From: a virus
Direction: 5' to 3' (one strand)
IMG/VR virus record: IMGVR_UViG_3300033153_008400
Coordinates: 32,001-96,000 of that record
Length of the DNA: 64,000 bases
Both the position numbers and the translations under genes were made by a program. The notes below the pieces were generated by a model. It did not search any database, was not told where the DNA came from, and was given only the letters and a program-made list of their open reading frames with translations. Shown here in pieces: positions 28,862 through 43,800 of this stretch; the stretch's first letter is position 1; the number at the start of each line of letters is the position of its first letter.

Positions 28862-31800
28862 AAGGGGAGAAAATTTCATAAATAGAAAGGCTACAGTTCC
28901 AAATTTACCTAGTACTCCTACTTTACCAATTGTAGAACCGTATAATACGGGTGCTCCTGGTGTGATGACAGCTAGAGACATATGGAATCAAAGATTGGCT
29001 ACTGGAAGTTATAATAAAATTGCTCCTCTTAACACTAAAGAAATTTATTCTGGACCTAGATATAATGAAACTATACCTGGTACAGACTATGAAGAAATGC
29101 ATGCCCAACAACAAAGCAATTGGGGAAAATGGAGCAATGCTACTGCTAAAATGATAGGGACAGCTTCTACTACTTTTGTTACTGGTACTGCAGGGCTTCT
29201 TTATGGTATGGGAAGTGCCCTCATAAATTTAAAATTATCTAATGTTGTGGATAATAGTGTAACTAGAGCTATGGATGATATCTCTAGGGGAATGGATGAT
29301 AGTCTTCCTAATTATTATACTCAGAAAGAAACAGAGGCTAAATGGTGGTCACCTGATAATATTATGACGGCTAACTTCTGGTCAGACAAAGTACTTAAGA
29401 ACTTAGGATTTTCTGTAGGTTCAATGGCAGGTGGTATGGCTTGGGGTGCTTTATTCAGATCTATTGGAATGACTAATCAATTAGTTCGATGGGGAAAAGG
29501 AAATGATTTAGCTACAGCAGTAGAAAAAAGACTGGCTGTTGCTCCAGCTTCAGCAAGATATCCTGCTTTTCAAAGTGCTTTGAATAAGACATGGACTACT
29601 GCTAAGATGCCTATGGCCGCTGTTGCCAAAAATTCAGACAGAATACTGACTTCTATAATGGCTACTGCAGGAGAAGCTACTATTGAAGGACTTCAAGCAA
29701 TGCATACATTGAGAGAAAGTTTACTTGATGAATTTAAGTTATCTCATGGTAGAATGCCATCTGGTCTGGAATTAAATGCTATCAATGAGACTGTACAGAC
29801 TGCAGGTCTTTATATATATGGAATGAATGGGTTGATTCTTACAGCAACTAACTACATTCAGTTAGGAAAAATAATAGGTAGTTCACGTAAAGCAGATAAA
29901 GCCTTAATCAATAGTATCAGAAGAAATGCTGATACAAGACTTTGGGAAGCTGCTCTTCCAAAAACTATTGCAGGAAAAGTATTAGGTGTAGCCAAACATA
30001 TAGGGAGGCTATCATTTGCCCCTGTGGAGGCATTAGAAGAAGGGTTACAACATGCTGCTACCACTGGTGTAGAGGATTATTTTTCTAGAGCATATAAAAA
30101 TAAGAATGAAACTAATGATTTACTAAGGGCTGTAGATGACAACATGTTAAATGTTTATTCTAATGTATACCTACATGGTTTACATGAAACTCTTAATACT
30201 AAAGAAGGACTAGAAAGTATGTTGATTGGGGCCTTATCAGGAGGTTTACAACAAATGGGTTTATTTGGTAGTTATAGGGATGAGAAAGGTAAAATCAAAT
30301 ATGGTGTAGGTAAATCTGGTGAAATAGGAGAATATGGTTTATTTGGTAGAGGAGGTACTCGAGGCATAAATACTAAACGAGCTGTTGAAGAATTAAATCT
30401 TAAACAAGTAGAAGATGTCATTAAAGATGGTGTAAACTATATGGGAGTAGGTATTGGTTCTCAAAAGCTAAGACAACAAGCAATTGAAAATGATGATATA
30501 CTTGCTGAGAAAGATGCTGAAGAAGATTATGCATTATCTTACTTGATGCCTAGAATTAAGTATGGAAAACTTGAGAGTGTAATAGAAGAGCTTACCAATT
30601 ACAAAACTCAGGCTATGAGTACAACAGGATACTCTGAATTAGTCACTGCAGGATTAGCGAATCAAAATGAAACTGCTGATGAGTTCATACAAAGAATAGA
30701 TAATTTATTAGAATCTGCTAATAAGACAGATAAGATGTATTCTTTATTGAATGACAGATATGAGAATGCCAGAAGTGAAGATGGAACAATTGCATATACA
30801 CCTGAAGTCATTGACAAGATGGTTTATGCTGCTGCTAAAATCGAAAACTACGACAAACGTATCGAAGAAGTCCAGACTGCTCTACTCTCCTCAGGGGTTG
30901 ATTTGACCTTGATAGATGAGATTATAAAAAACAAAGATGCTATTCCTACTGATGCACAATGGGAAGAAGTATCAAAGACTGCCGATAATGTAAAGATCAC
31001 AGAACAAGAGACTTTTTCTACTAATTTACTCGATTATGGTGAGTTATTATTGAGAAGAAAAAAGTTTGCTCAGGAGTATGAGACTATAAAAGATGCTCCA
31101 TATAATTATCGTGCTGTAGTAGGTGCTCTTCCTCCAGAAGAATCAGAGGAAATTAAATCTACTAAAGAAAACAGTATTACTGTACCTGTTACTACTGGTG
31201 GGGAGAAAACATATAATATAGATGATACTTATTATTTAGGTAATGTACTTGCAGATCAAATTGTATCTGGTGCTGATCTCTCAGCTCCACAAATGAAGAT
31301 TTTGAGTATGAATGAGGATGGTACAATTAAGATAATGACTCAGAATGGGAAAGAATTGGATATCACTGCAGGAGAATTAGAGCAACTTAAGTTAGGTAGT
31401 GTTAACAAAGCTCTTAAGGATAACAAGAAAGGTGAGTTTTATTTTGATAATTGGAATACTCCTTTCACTTTTAACTTCGGAGATAATGGTGGTTTTAAAA
31501 AAGGAAGAATAATTTATAATGAGAATGATGATAAGATGCATTTTGTCTATGTGGATGCATCAGGCAATACAAGGGATATAGAGGTTACGAATGACCAATT
31601 TGGGCCTAAAGGAGAAAATGAGGCACAGATACAGAGAGAAGAAGGTGTGAATGACTTCCAGGGAGGCGTAGAAGCACGTTTCCTTGCTGCTAAAGATGAA
31701 CGTAAGGATAAGAAACATGAAGATAGATTAAAGGTCTTAGGTGAGTTTGCAGAGGAGATGATGGTGAGACAAGCTGAGCTAACAAAGGTTATTAATAAGA

Positions 31801-34800
31801 GACAGGAAAATGTTGCTAGGACTAAAAAAATCTTAGGACTCTTACAGGAAGACCTTCTTAAAAATAAAGATAAGCGAACTAAAGATGCTTATACTATAGC
31901 TGGTCAGAAAATATTAACTAATATCAAGAGAACAGAAAAAGATTTAGAAGCACTTGAAAAAGTAGAAAGAGAATCTTCAGAAGAATTAAATGATATTACT
32001 GCAACTTTGGTATATGTAGAAGATCTTATAGAAAATATAGATACCCGTGCTACAGACTATGTTAATTTTATAGCTGAAATTAAAGTAGATAAAGTTAATT
32101 TGGAAGAACTTCATAAAGAAGTTACAACAGGTATCAAGGATTTAAAAACTTTAATACAAGAAGTCAAAGATTTTATTCAGACATCTAAAGATGTTCTTAA
32201 TGATCTTTTATTACAATTATCGGGAGCATTTCCCAATATATCAAGTGAAGGTGTTTTCTTGGATGATATTGTTACAGTAGAAGACTATTTTACTGATTTA
32301 GCTCCTTTGATAGGAGGAACAGAATCAGAAGAAAGTTTAGCCTTTGCAGGTGTAACTTTGACAGGTATACAACCTAAAAAAGCTCAACTTACTAAAATGG
32401 AAAAAGAATTATCTAATGCTAAAAAAGCTTTAGATAAATATGATGATGGTATTATAGCCAGAGGAAAAGTACTGGCTAAATTTGGGGAAAGATTGATAGA
32501 ATGGGAAAGAGCTAAGGAAGAAGAAGCTATTTTAGGAACGAGTTCTGAGATTAGTTCTGATATATTAGATTCTCAATCTAAGTCATCTTTTGAGAATGAT
32601 CATTATAAAGAAGGATTTGAATATAAAAAATTAAAAGCTAAAAATCTTGTAGTTACAGGAGGTATTGCCCCAGAAGGAAGTGATGGTAAACCTGTAGGAG
32701 TATATGCAAAAAGAGCTCAAGCTTTTGGTAATATATTTCATAGATTAGTACAAAATGGTAAGGAGTTTAGAGGAAGAGTAGTTACTATTGCGAATGAAAA
32801 ACATATCATGAAAGGGCTTACTAAACATTTAGCCCAGCCAGGTACTGATCCAAGGTTTACGATTGTCTTAGTTGTTACCAATAAAAAAGGAGTTCCTGTA
32901 GATGAAAAAGGTATACCTATTACAGATGAAAGTAAACTTTTAGATGAAGGAATTTATCAAACATTCCCTGATCCTAAATTAAGAAATTCATATGGTAGTC
33001 TGTTTAGAGCAGATGTTAAGTTTAAAGAGCGAGAAAGAATTACAAAGATTTATGAAAAATGGGTAGAGAAGACTCTTGGACAGAGTAAACTTCAACCTCT
33101 TCAAGATATTTCAGCTTCTTTTGGATTAGTTGATTACATACAAAAAACAGATAGTAAAGGAAAAATACTTCCAGAAGCTACATCAATGGCTAGATCTAGT
33201 ATAAATGCTTCAGGATTAATTACTAATATTGAACTAGGAAGTGGAGATGTTATTAAAGTAGCAACTAACAATGATACTTTAACCAGAGGTACTGTTGAAA
33301 TTAGTGCTCCTCTTGGACATGTCTTTTTAGAAGCACCAGGAGGTTATGTAAAATTATATAATCAGAAAAATAGTGAGAAACAATCTGAGCTTATATATAA
33401 TGTATTGCTTCAGGTTACTAAAAATATTTTAAGGGATAAACATGGTAAAGAGGCAGATACTCAACGATTATTTGAATGGTTAAGATCTGTAGTATATTGG
33501 GGTCAACCTATGAATTTTCAGACTGGAGAAAGGAAGGAACCTTCCGATGGCTCTGTTTATTATGAAGTAATAGGTCAGGGTGAAGGAGTTGCTTCTGAAA
33601 GAAAACTTCGTATAGGTAAAACGAGTAGATTTGATTTTACTCCTACTTCTTTAAAGGATAACAAAGATGCAATTATTGCCTTATTACAAAATGTATGGGG
33701 TAATACACATGCCCCAGGAGTAGCGAAAGATATGTATGATGTTGCTTATCATGAAATTACTGCTGTTAACAAAGATGGTACTACTGAAGGTATCACATGG
33801 AATAGTTATCAACAATTCTTATTAGCTGATATATATCCAGATGGTAGTCCTAGAAATTTAGATAGTATTCCTCTAAAAACTAAAGTACGTCCACTCGTTG
33901 GAAAAGAGGATACCAATAGACATGCTATTTATTTCTATTTAGAAGATAGCTCAGAATATATGCAGGATGCTCCTGTTGAGTCTATTGTGAAGAAAACAGT
34001 TCCTGGGAAAAAAGAAGTTAGTACACCTAAATATATCTTTGATGGTGTGGTAGAGAACATAATAAATTTAGGAACCTTAGGAGAAGCTAAAGTGACTCTA
34101 AATTTAGATGAAGCTGTACAAGAATTTCATAGAAGAGAAGGTAAAGTATTCTCAAGTCTTGAGGAAACACAACAATTTACTTTTGCTTTACTTAGCAAAC
34201 ATATTATTACTATAGGATTAGGAACAGATGTTGAAGCAAACTTAGTAGAGGCAGGTGGAGCTACAGATAGTTCTGCTCAAAGTAATGCTCAAATGCTTGT
34301 TGTTGAAATGCTTTCTAGTCAGATAACAGAGGCTGCAAACAGAACAGCGGCCAAGTCTGAACCTGTGCCTACACTCAAATCTTCTATAACGTCTGTAGAA
34401 GATCTAATACAAGACATTAATGATGCATTTATCTATATAAATTCTGGAAAATATAAAGGAGATAGAAAAAATGAAATGACATCAGTAGGAGATAAATTAG
34501 TAAAAATTTTCCTTACAGGTTTAAGAAAAGAAGGTTTAGTAAAAGCAGGGACTAGACGAGCTCCTAGAGCTGATGGTTCTTATGATACAATGACAATAAA
34601 TGAAGACCTTAAAGGAAAAAATATAGGAAATGATTGGTCTGCAGCAAAACATTTTAAAGAAAAATTAAGAACTTTTTTCGATACAGAAATAGCTGAACTT
34701 AAATCTTCTACTAAAATAACAGAAACAACTGTTAGAACTGAAGATAAAAAATGGAAATTAGATGGTTCACCTGAAGTGATGACTGTAGGAGAGAGTAAAG

Positions 34801-37800
34801 TTACATTTACACTCAAAGATCAAGCTGTAATAGATGCACTCAGAGATGATTCTGAGATATTAGAAGATGAAATCAAAAGACTTAAATTAATAACAGGTCT
34901 TATTAGAGGTGGTCATTTAGTGATTACTCCTACTCAAGCTGCTTTGGATAATGGAGAAAAACTGTTAGGTAGTACAGATGCTCTTATTACTATGTTAGCA
35001 AATACTATTTTACAGGAAGTAGCACCTCAAATTAAAAAAAATTGGTTCCTTGCTGATACTGATAAAGGATCAGAAAATTATAGTGATGCTGAATGGGAAG
35101 AAATACAAGCTAGATTTAATCCAGAAGGCGAAACATCTTCAAGAACTGAAGAAGATGATTATACTCGAATAATAGCTGAGAGACATCTTGAACCTTTCAA
35201 GGAAACAAATTGGGAAAAAGAAGCAGAATGGATGAAGAAAAACTTTCCTCTTATTCCTATAAATGTACTTAAGAATGTTATTCAGGCAACTAATGGTAGA
35301 CAAGCATGGGGTTTATATCGTCAAGGAGCTGTCTATATATATAAACATGCTGAGGCTGGTACAATTTATCATGAAGTATTTCATGCTGTGTGGGATATGT
35401 CTTTATCTCTTAGAGAGAAAAGACAAATTGCTGAAGAGTTTAGAAATAGAAAAGGTTCTTATACAGACAGATTTACTTTTAAAGTAATCAAATATAGCGA
35501 GGCTACTGATTATCAAATGGGTGAAGAGATAGCTGAAGAATTTAGAGATAGAGTACTTTATGGTAAAAAACCTACTAGAAAACCTAGGTCTTTAATGCGA
35601 AGAGCATTTGAGGGAATAATTAATTTCTTCAACGATCTTTTATTCGGTAAAGATGCTTTTACTAATACGAACAAATTATTTGATAAGATGGGTAATGGCG
35701 ATTATGCAGCCTTTATTCCACATGAAGATGTATTAAGAAAAGCAGGTGAGTCACAAATCTTGCATATTGAGGGTATAACAGTAAGAAAGGGTGATCAACT
35801 TAGACCACTTATAACTAGATTAGAAGGAATCAATGCTGTACAAGAACATGAGATTTATCAACATATGACATTTGTAGCTGTTAATAAGATGTTTGCCACA
35901 GACGATGGGTTGTTTGCTATGAAGGATAGATTGAAAATTACAAATTTATATCAAGATCTTAAAAGAAATCTGTTAGGAGAAAATGGTATTATAAACAGAA
36001 AACAAATTGATTACAGTCAAATAACAATAAAAAATCCTAAGCAACAAGAACAAGTTACTAAAAAAATTAAGGATTTAGATGATTTGAAGATAGCTATTAA
36101 TGAGAATTGGGATGTCATTAAAAAAAGACATATGGATTCTTTAGCCCCATATGAGATTACATTTGATGAAGAAGAAAATTTAATCGTAGAGGATGAGACC
36201 ATAGTGAAAGCAGATTCAATGGATGGTAACAAGATAGATTCATACAGAAAATCTAGTGGTGCTATTAAGTTGTTATTTGCTACTCTTGCAGATTTTGAGA
36301 AAGTTCCTGGAGAAAACAGAACAAGACTTAAAACATCTTCTATAGGTGGTGCAACATTTGAGCAATCAGATAAGATATATATTACTTTAAAAAATAATTT
36401 ACATGACTCTACTGGCTTAAATGATATGCTAGAAAGGTTGAAAGAATTAGCCAACAATGAAGAAACAGGTTATCATTATGCTAAATTATATACTAGAATA
36501 ACTAAGCAAGACATTAGTGATACAAATAAAAATACTGTTAACATTGATAAGATGAGTAACAGTGCCATAATGTTATTGGGAGGCTTTTGGAAAGTGATAA
36601 AAGGACAGAATCCAGATGTTCCTATCATATTCATTCTCCAAGGGGGAGAGGTTGTAATAGGAAATACAGAGTTATCAAATGCATCTAAACAGATAAGATA
36701 TGAAATGTCTCAAAATATTATAGCACATATTAGAGAAGATGCTGAGGGTAATGAAAAACTTTATAAAATAAATTCTTTAGGGTTGTATAATCCTACTACA
36801 GCTTTAAAAAATGTAAAATTAAATAGTTCTAAACCTGCTGAATATATTAGATTTTTACAAGCATTCGGTATTAATTTTAAATTAAAAGAATTTAATAAAT
36901 TTTTACCTGATCAAAAAGCTACATTTAGAGAAGCTACAGAAGGGTTACTTTCTGATCTTTCTACTAGAAAGGATATATATTCTTGGAGTGAGAAAGCAAT
37001 AAACTCTACTCAAAATTTACTTAAATTAGGGGCACTCAGAGCTGTAATGGATAATCCTGTTTTTGAAAGTACTTATTTCAGTATAGCTGGAGAACGTACT
37101 CAAAAGTTCATAGGCCCTAATGCTACTAGTGATTTATTTCATACTTTATCACAAATTACGAATAAACAAGATTTACGTTCAACACGTTATTCTCATTTAT
37201 TGGATGATGTCTTTACCCAAGGGAGTGTAGTGATGCAGAAGTTATTCAATGGGAACGAGCGTAAGAGAAATACGAAAGATATCTTTAAGACCGTATATGT
37301 AGGAGGAACTATAAATGAAGAGAATAATAGGAGAACACGATCATCCAGACTTTATTATAGAGATAGATTGATTCAGGAAATGAGTCTAAATTTAGAAGGA
37401 ATATATGCAAACTTAGTTCCTGGGGATTCTGAATTAGAATGGGCTATTAAGATGCATTCTAAGAAAAGCCCATTTATAACTCCATCTAGTGTTTCTCGAA
37501 AAGAGTATCAAAAAATATTCAGAGATTATTTTATTGATGAAGTTAACTTATCCAGAGACAATAGAATTGTAGCTAAAGGCAGAAGTGCCAGAGATTTGAG
37601 ATTCTTTAAAGATATTTTAGATGCTTATAATTCTAAAGCTCATGCTACTATACTTGATTACTCACATAAAATATCTGCAGAAGAAATATATGAAGAGCAT
37701 AAGTCAGGGATTAAAGCTGCTGTAGAAGCTTTTATAACTAATGATGCTGAGGAAACAATGACATTGTTGAAAGACTATAAAATTATACAAAAAATACCTG

Positions 37801-40800
37801 GTGAAGCTGAAATATATAAGCATACTCTTTCACTTAAGGATAAGGAATTATCTTTTACTGAAATGGAGCTTCAGATAAAGTCACTTACTGTTAACTATAT
37901 GATAGCAAATATAGAACAACATAAGATATTATATTCTGATCCTTATCAGTATTCAGATGAATTAAAGCGTATTAAAAACTTTAACTCTCCTCGTCAGGCT
38001 CTTATGCATAGTTCTAAAGACCTTTATAAAGCGATTAATAAAGTTTATAATAAAGGATATAAAGCAGAAGATTTAGGTTATTCTAATATGGATCGTAGTT
38101 CTTTTAGAACAGTTACTCTTCAAGATATATGGTCAATAATAGATCCTAAATTAGCTAAGCAATATCCAGGATATACTGATTATAAAAATAAAGAAGGTTG
38201 GCAAGAAACTGATGGTGCTGGTATGATTACTATGAAGGCATATAGATTCTTCAGAATCTTGGCAGGTGATTGGTTACCTAATAATGAAGCACAATATCGT
38301 TGGGATATTCAATATCAGGAGAAGGTAATGGAGATAAATGATGCTACTGGAACTGAAAAATCCAGATTAAATGAAAAATTTAGAGCATTTAAAGCTGCTA
38401 GAAAGGTTCATGATCAAAGTACTTATACTCCTATTAAACCTATTGTATCTGGTAATAAAGGAAATGGTAGAAATTATAATGATTCAGTATTAGATAAATA
38501 TGCATTATTTCCAATGCCATTCAGAGTATTTCATATGATGGAACCTAATTCTAATATTTTAGAGTTTACTGAAAAGATGCGTAGAGAAAAAATCGATTAT
38601 GCTATTTATGAAACAGGTAGAAAAGTAGGTGTAGAAGAAACATATCCAGTATATGTGAAAGGTGCTTTAAATACTGCTCCTTTTCAACCTCAAGAAGAGA
38701 TTGATAGAGTAGCTGAAAATAATCCTGAAGACAGAGTGAAGAGATTTGTGACTAATATTCCTTTTTCTATTATGTCTTTACAAACTGAGGTTCCTTCTAA
38801 AAAAGATGGTAAAGTGATACAAGGTTCACAAATAACTAAGTTAGTTACTTTGGATTTCATGAATGGTGGTGTACCTATAGATTTTAATCCTGTGGATAAA
38901 GACGGTAATTCAATTGTCACGGAAGATAAGGATGGAAAGGATACTACTGATTATGATGCATTAAGTGTTGCCTGGGTTGAATTAGAAACAGAAGCAGCTA
39001 AAAAAGAGGCTTCTCTATTGTATAAAGAAATTCAACATAATAAGCGATTATTACAAGAACGTATACAGCTAGGGTATGAAAATTTATTACGTAAATTAGG
39101 TATTATTGAAGATGAAGATGAAGATGGTAATAAGACATATACTGTTTTTGATAAAGAAAAACTCATAGGAACTATAGAAAAAGAAATATTCAAGCAACAG
39201 AAAAATAATAATTTAGTAGTTGCTTTTCAAGAAGTGAGAGAAGGAAAAGCTCTTATTGAAGCTACTCCTGTATATCAACAAATACGAAATGTTTTATATT
39301 CATTAGCTAATGGTAATGTAGTTCGTCCTAAAATAAGTGGAGGAAGTAAGATACAAATGCCTTCTACTTTATTTGAAGTAGGTGCTAGAATTGAAAAATT
39401 TGTTCATGATGGTAAAACATACCTTCATTCGGATGTATTGAATTTTTATGAGGAAGGTAAAGTAGCTGAGATTTTTGTAGCTCGTTGGGATAATAGTCCT
39501 CTATCTGATGAACAATTATTAAATTCATGGTATAAATTAGATGAAAATGATAATAGAACATCTGAGTTAACTAAAGAAGGTGAACGTGCTTTAAAAGGTA
39601 TAGCATTTAGAACTCCTACTCAGAAACAAAATTCTATAGAATCATATGTTATTAAAAAATTCTTACCTAGGTCATATGGGGATTCAGTAGTTATTCCTTC
39701 AGCGATAGTACGAAAAACAGGTAGTGATTATGATATTGATAAATTATCTGTATATCTTAAGAATCTAATTTGGGATGGTAAAAGACTTTTCTCAGTACCA
39801 TTTCAAGGATTCCAAAGTGAATTAGATGCTAAAAGAGAATTCAAAAAGATTTTTCATAGATTAATGGAAAATAGAATTTCTAAAGTAGAAGGAAAAAAAG
39901 CTAAAGTTATTTCTTTGAAAGCTATGTTTACCAAGATAGCCAATGGTACAGCAGAATTTGAAGAATTTGAAGAGTTTACTCCTATTATCAGTACACTTTT
40001 AGAAAATAACAATATTAGTCTTAAAGATACTGAAGCAATAAATGAATATTTTGATCAACGTCTAGGTAATGGAATAGCACGTATCAATACTTTGACTGTT
40101 AAACAATTTGAAGAAGATGCTGCTCAAAAATTTGCTGATAAATTATATAGTCAATCAATAGAGAATGAATACATTGAGTCTTTACAAAGACTGGTAATGC
40201 ATCCTAAAAATTATCATAATCTGATTAAGCCTAATTCTGCTCAGATTATGAGAGACCTAACAGATCATATTAATGAAAAGTTTAGAAGAACTAAGATTGA
40301 TTATCATTCTGCTGGATTTATGTTGAGTAGAAAGAAAATGTCTGGATTACGTCAAGCCTTTGTAGGTGGTAAGAGAGCTATTGGTATTGCTGCCGTTGGT
40401 GCAACCAATAATTCAAACAATCAATTAGCAGATACATATACTGATACAAATCTTATAGGAACTAATATTATTTCTGATGAAGATGAGTTTTGGTTGAATG
40501 GTATGAAAATTACTAAGATTGCCGATGACACTGATGCCGATGTTAAGTTCTTAGAATATAATAAAAAGATGGTTGATGGCAGACCTATGGCATCTCTCTC
40601 CAGGGCTAAAAATTCAGCAGGTGAATATATCTCTGATATTATAGGAATGTTCATTGATGGTTATGTTGATATTTCTGCAGGACCTTGGATTATGCAAATG
40701 GGTGCAACTCCTGAAACAGCAGGGACATGGTTATATTTATTAAAGATAGGTGTACCTAAAGAAACAGTAGCTTATTTCATGAATCAACCTATTATTACTG

Positions 40801-43800
40801 AATTATTATTTGATTTAGAAATAGAAGGTAAATCATGGTTATATAATAGAAACAGAATATTTGATCTTTTAAAATTATATGCAGGATCTAAAGCAAACAT
40901 TGCTATGATTCCTTCTGAAAGAGGATTGGATACTATGATGGGTAAGAAAAGAGGAGAGTTATCTCTTCTTCAAAAGACTCAACAACAGTTTATTTTAAAA
41001 GAGTTTTTAAAATATTCTAAACAAGCAGACCATTTATTCCTAGTAACTCAAGGTACTAACTTTGATACAGCTACTTTAAATGATCCTTTCTTAATATTTA
41101 AAAAATCACGGTTATTTAAAATGGCTCAGAAGACTGTTATTTCTTCTGCTCAGAAAATTTTAGATACATCTTTCTTAGGTTATTTAAAAGATACTATGGA
41201 TAAAATCAGAGGAGCATATTCTGTGATACTTCTGTCTGATAAAAATGACCCAAATAAAGCAATTACTCCTAGAAAAGTATTAGAACGAGTATTGTTACCA
41301 TATATTAGAATGTCAGATAGAGAATTTGTAGGCCTGAGTCAAAAGGTTGTAGCAGATTTCTTTGATTGGGCAATGCAAACAGATAGAAGTATTAAAAGTA
41401 GTTTTAATTCTTTAATAGTTGAAATACTATTGGGAACTGATACTGAAAGAAGTGCTGCTAAACAAATCATACAATTTAAAGAAGATATATTTGGTAGAGA
41501 GGCTGATGCAAATAAAGGCATATTAGCTATTGCTCCCAAGGAGAACCATCCTTTATATAATAATATGATTTTAAAATCTTTTGTATTAGTACCAGGTGCT
41601 AGAAAAAATGTTCCTGATAATCTTATTATTAAAGCTAAGGATAACAAAGTATATGATCAGAACCAGACTATCAATAGTTTTGAAGAGATTAAGGATTATT
41701 TAAGTTCCTTAAAAGGTTCTAATAGTAAATATGCTGGGTTGTATGAGAAGATGGTTAGATTAGCTGTAATACAATCAGGGCTTTCTACATCTCCTATATC
41801 TTTTTCTAAATTATTGCCTTATGAAGATTTTAAAGAAATATATAATCATACATTACTTAATTTAGAAGCTAATCCTACTATAGAAAATTATGCTTCTCTT
41901 AATGTATTTGAAAGAAGTAATTGGAATAAAGGAAAATGGATATCTACTATTACTAGAAAAGTAGATTATGATGAACATGATACACGTATTGTACGTACTG
42001 AAGATAATGTAGATTATAGACTTAGTTCTGCTGAAGATAAATTTGAGATACCTAAAGTAGTTTTTATTAGTGAAGGTAATCCAAATGCATCAGAAGTAAT
42101 AGTATATAAATGGTCTATACCAATTACACAAGACGAGAGAATTAAAAGATCTAAAACAGGAAATACGAGTCATTTGAAATCTCAATTGATGAGAAAGGTA
42201 TATTATGATAGAGGAGTTGAACCAATACCATTGATTCAAGTACATGATGAATTTAATCCTTACACAGGTAGAAATATTTCTTACAGAGGATTTGTATATG
42301 TAGCTATTAATGCTTGGGGAGACTCATTCAGAGGTAGAGAGTTTTATAATTCTGTTGATGGTACAAACGTTAAGGCTACTGTGCTAGATAATGGATTTGA
42401 AAAAGTAATAGAGGATCAAGATATAGTTGGAAATAAGATTTCCTCAGGAGAGGTAACTGATGAGAAAGTTATAGAAATATTAAGTCGTAAAATGTTAGTT
42501 GCTGGTAATAGAGTTACATCTGAGGACACTAAAATTACTCCGAGCAGTATCTATGAGACCTTAGGGGATAAAACAGCCTCCAGAAATGTAGTGATTGAAA
42601 ATGTATTCCAAGCTACTGGTGTCAAGTTTGCTAAGTCTATTGGTGGTATATTTAGTATGAGACTTAAGGGTTCTGATAAACATTTCGGTAATCCATTCAG
42701 TTCTACTATAAAAGATAAGTCTTTAATAGCTACTAAGAGTACTAGAGAAAGTGTAGAAAGATATATTGATTGGATTATACGTGGAACTGATACTAGAGCG
42801 AAATGGATTAGAACACAACTTGAAACAGGAGATTTAAAAAGAAGACCTATTGTTTATTATAAGGAATTAGGAGAACCTTCTCATGCAACTGCATTAGATT
42901 ATCTGATCAATCAAAAGGATTGGACTGAACCTAAGTTAACACGGGAAGAGAGTACAGAGCTTGAAGAGTTAAAAGCAAAACGCGAGACACTGGAAACCAA
43001 CCCTGAATATATTGTATTAAACAGTATACCAAAGATAACTCCTGCATCTGCTAAAAAAGAGACAGGTGGTAAGGTAGGTATCAATCAGGACATCAATCCA
43101 AGCTGGTTATCTAAAGCTGGAGTAACTATTGAAAAGGCTGCAGAGAATATTTATGCTGATAATTTTTCAGAATCTAATGAATACTCTGAACAAGATATAA
43201 GAAACTATATAATAGGTGCATTATTAAAAAGTAAAGTAGAAGCCAAAAGAGAGATATTTGATGAAAAAAGATTAGATGAACTTTTAAACCCTGGTAATAA
43301 AGAGGATATATTATCTCAGACTGACGACATGAATGTTTCTGTAGCAACGTCCAATACCATTGAACGAATGAAAGCAGCGGCTGCATCCATGGGAATAAAT
43401 TTGACCTCTCTTTTAAACTATGCTAAAGATAATCCTGATGTAGATGTTACTAATGTTAATGGTATTGCCGATTTAACTCAAGGTATTATAGCCATTGCAG
43501 AAGGGAAAGAAGATGTAGCTATAACTGAGGAACTTATCCATATCGGTAGTGCTATTGTAGAAGCAAATGATCCTAAAAGAATAACAGCATTGATCAGTAA
43601 GATTGCTGATTTTAAAATTTATAAAACAGTATTAGATGCCTATAAAGGTAAGAAGGCTTATCAATTACCTAATGGTAAACCTGATATAAGGAAAATCAAG
43701 AAAGAAGCTATTGATAAATTAATGGCTGAAGTAGTTGTAAATGGTGCTAATGGTAGCACAGATTTTCCTGAACTCTCAGATCTGACTGTTGTAGGAAGAA

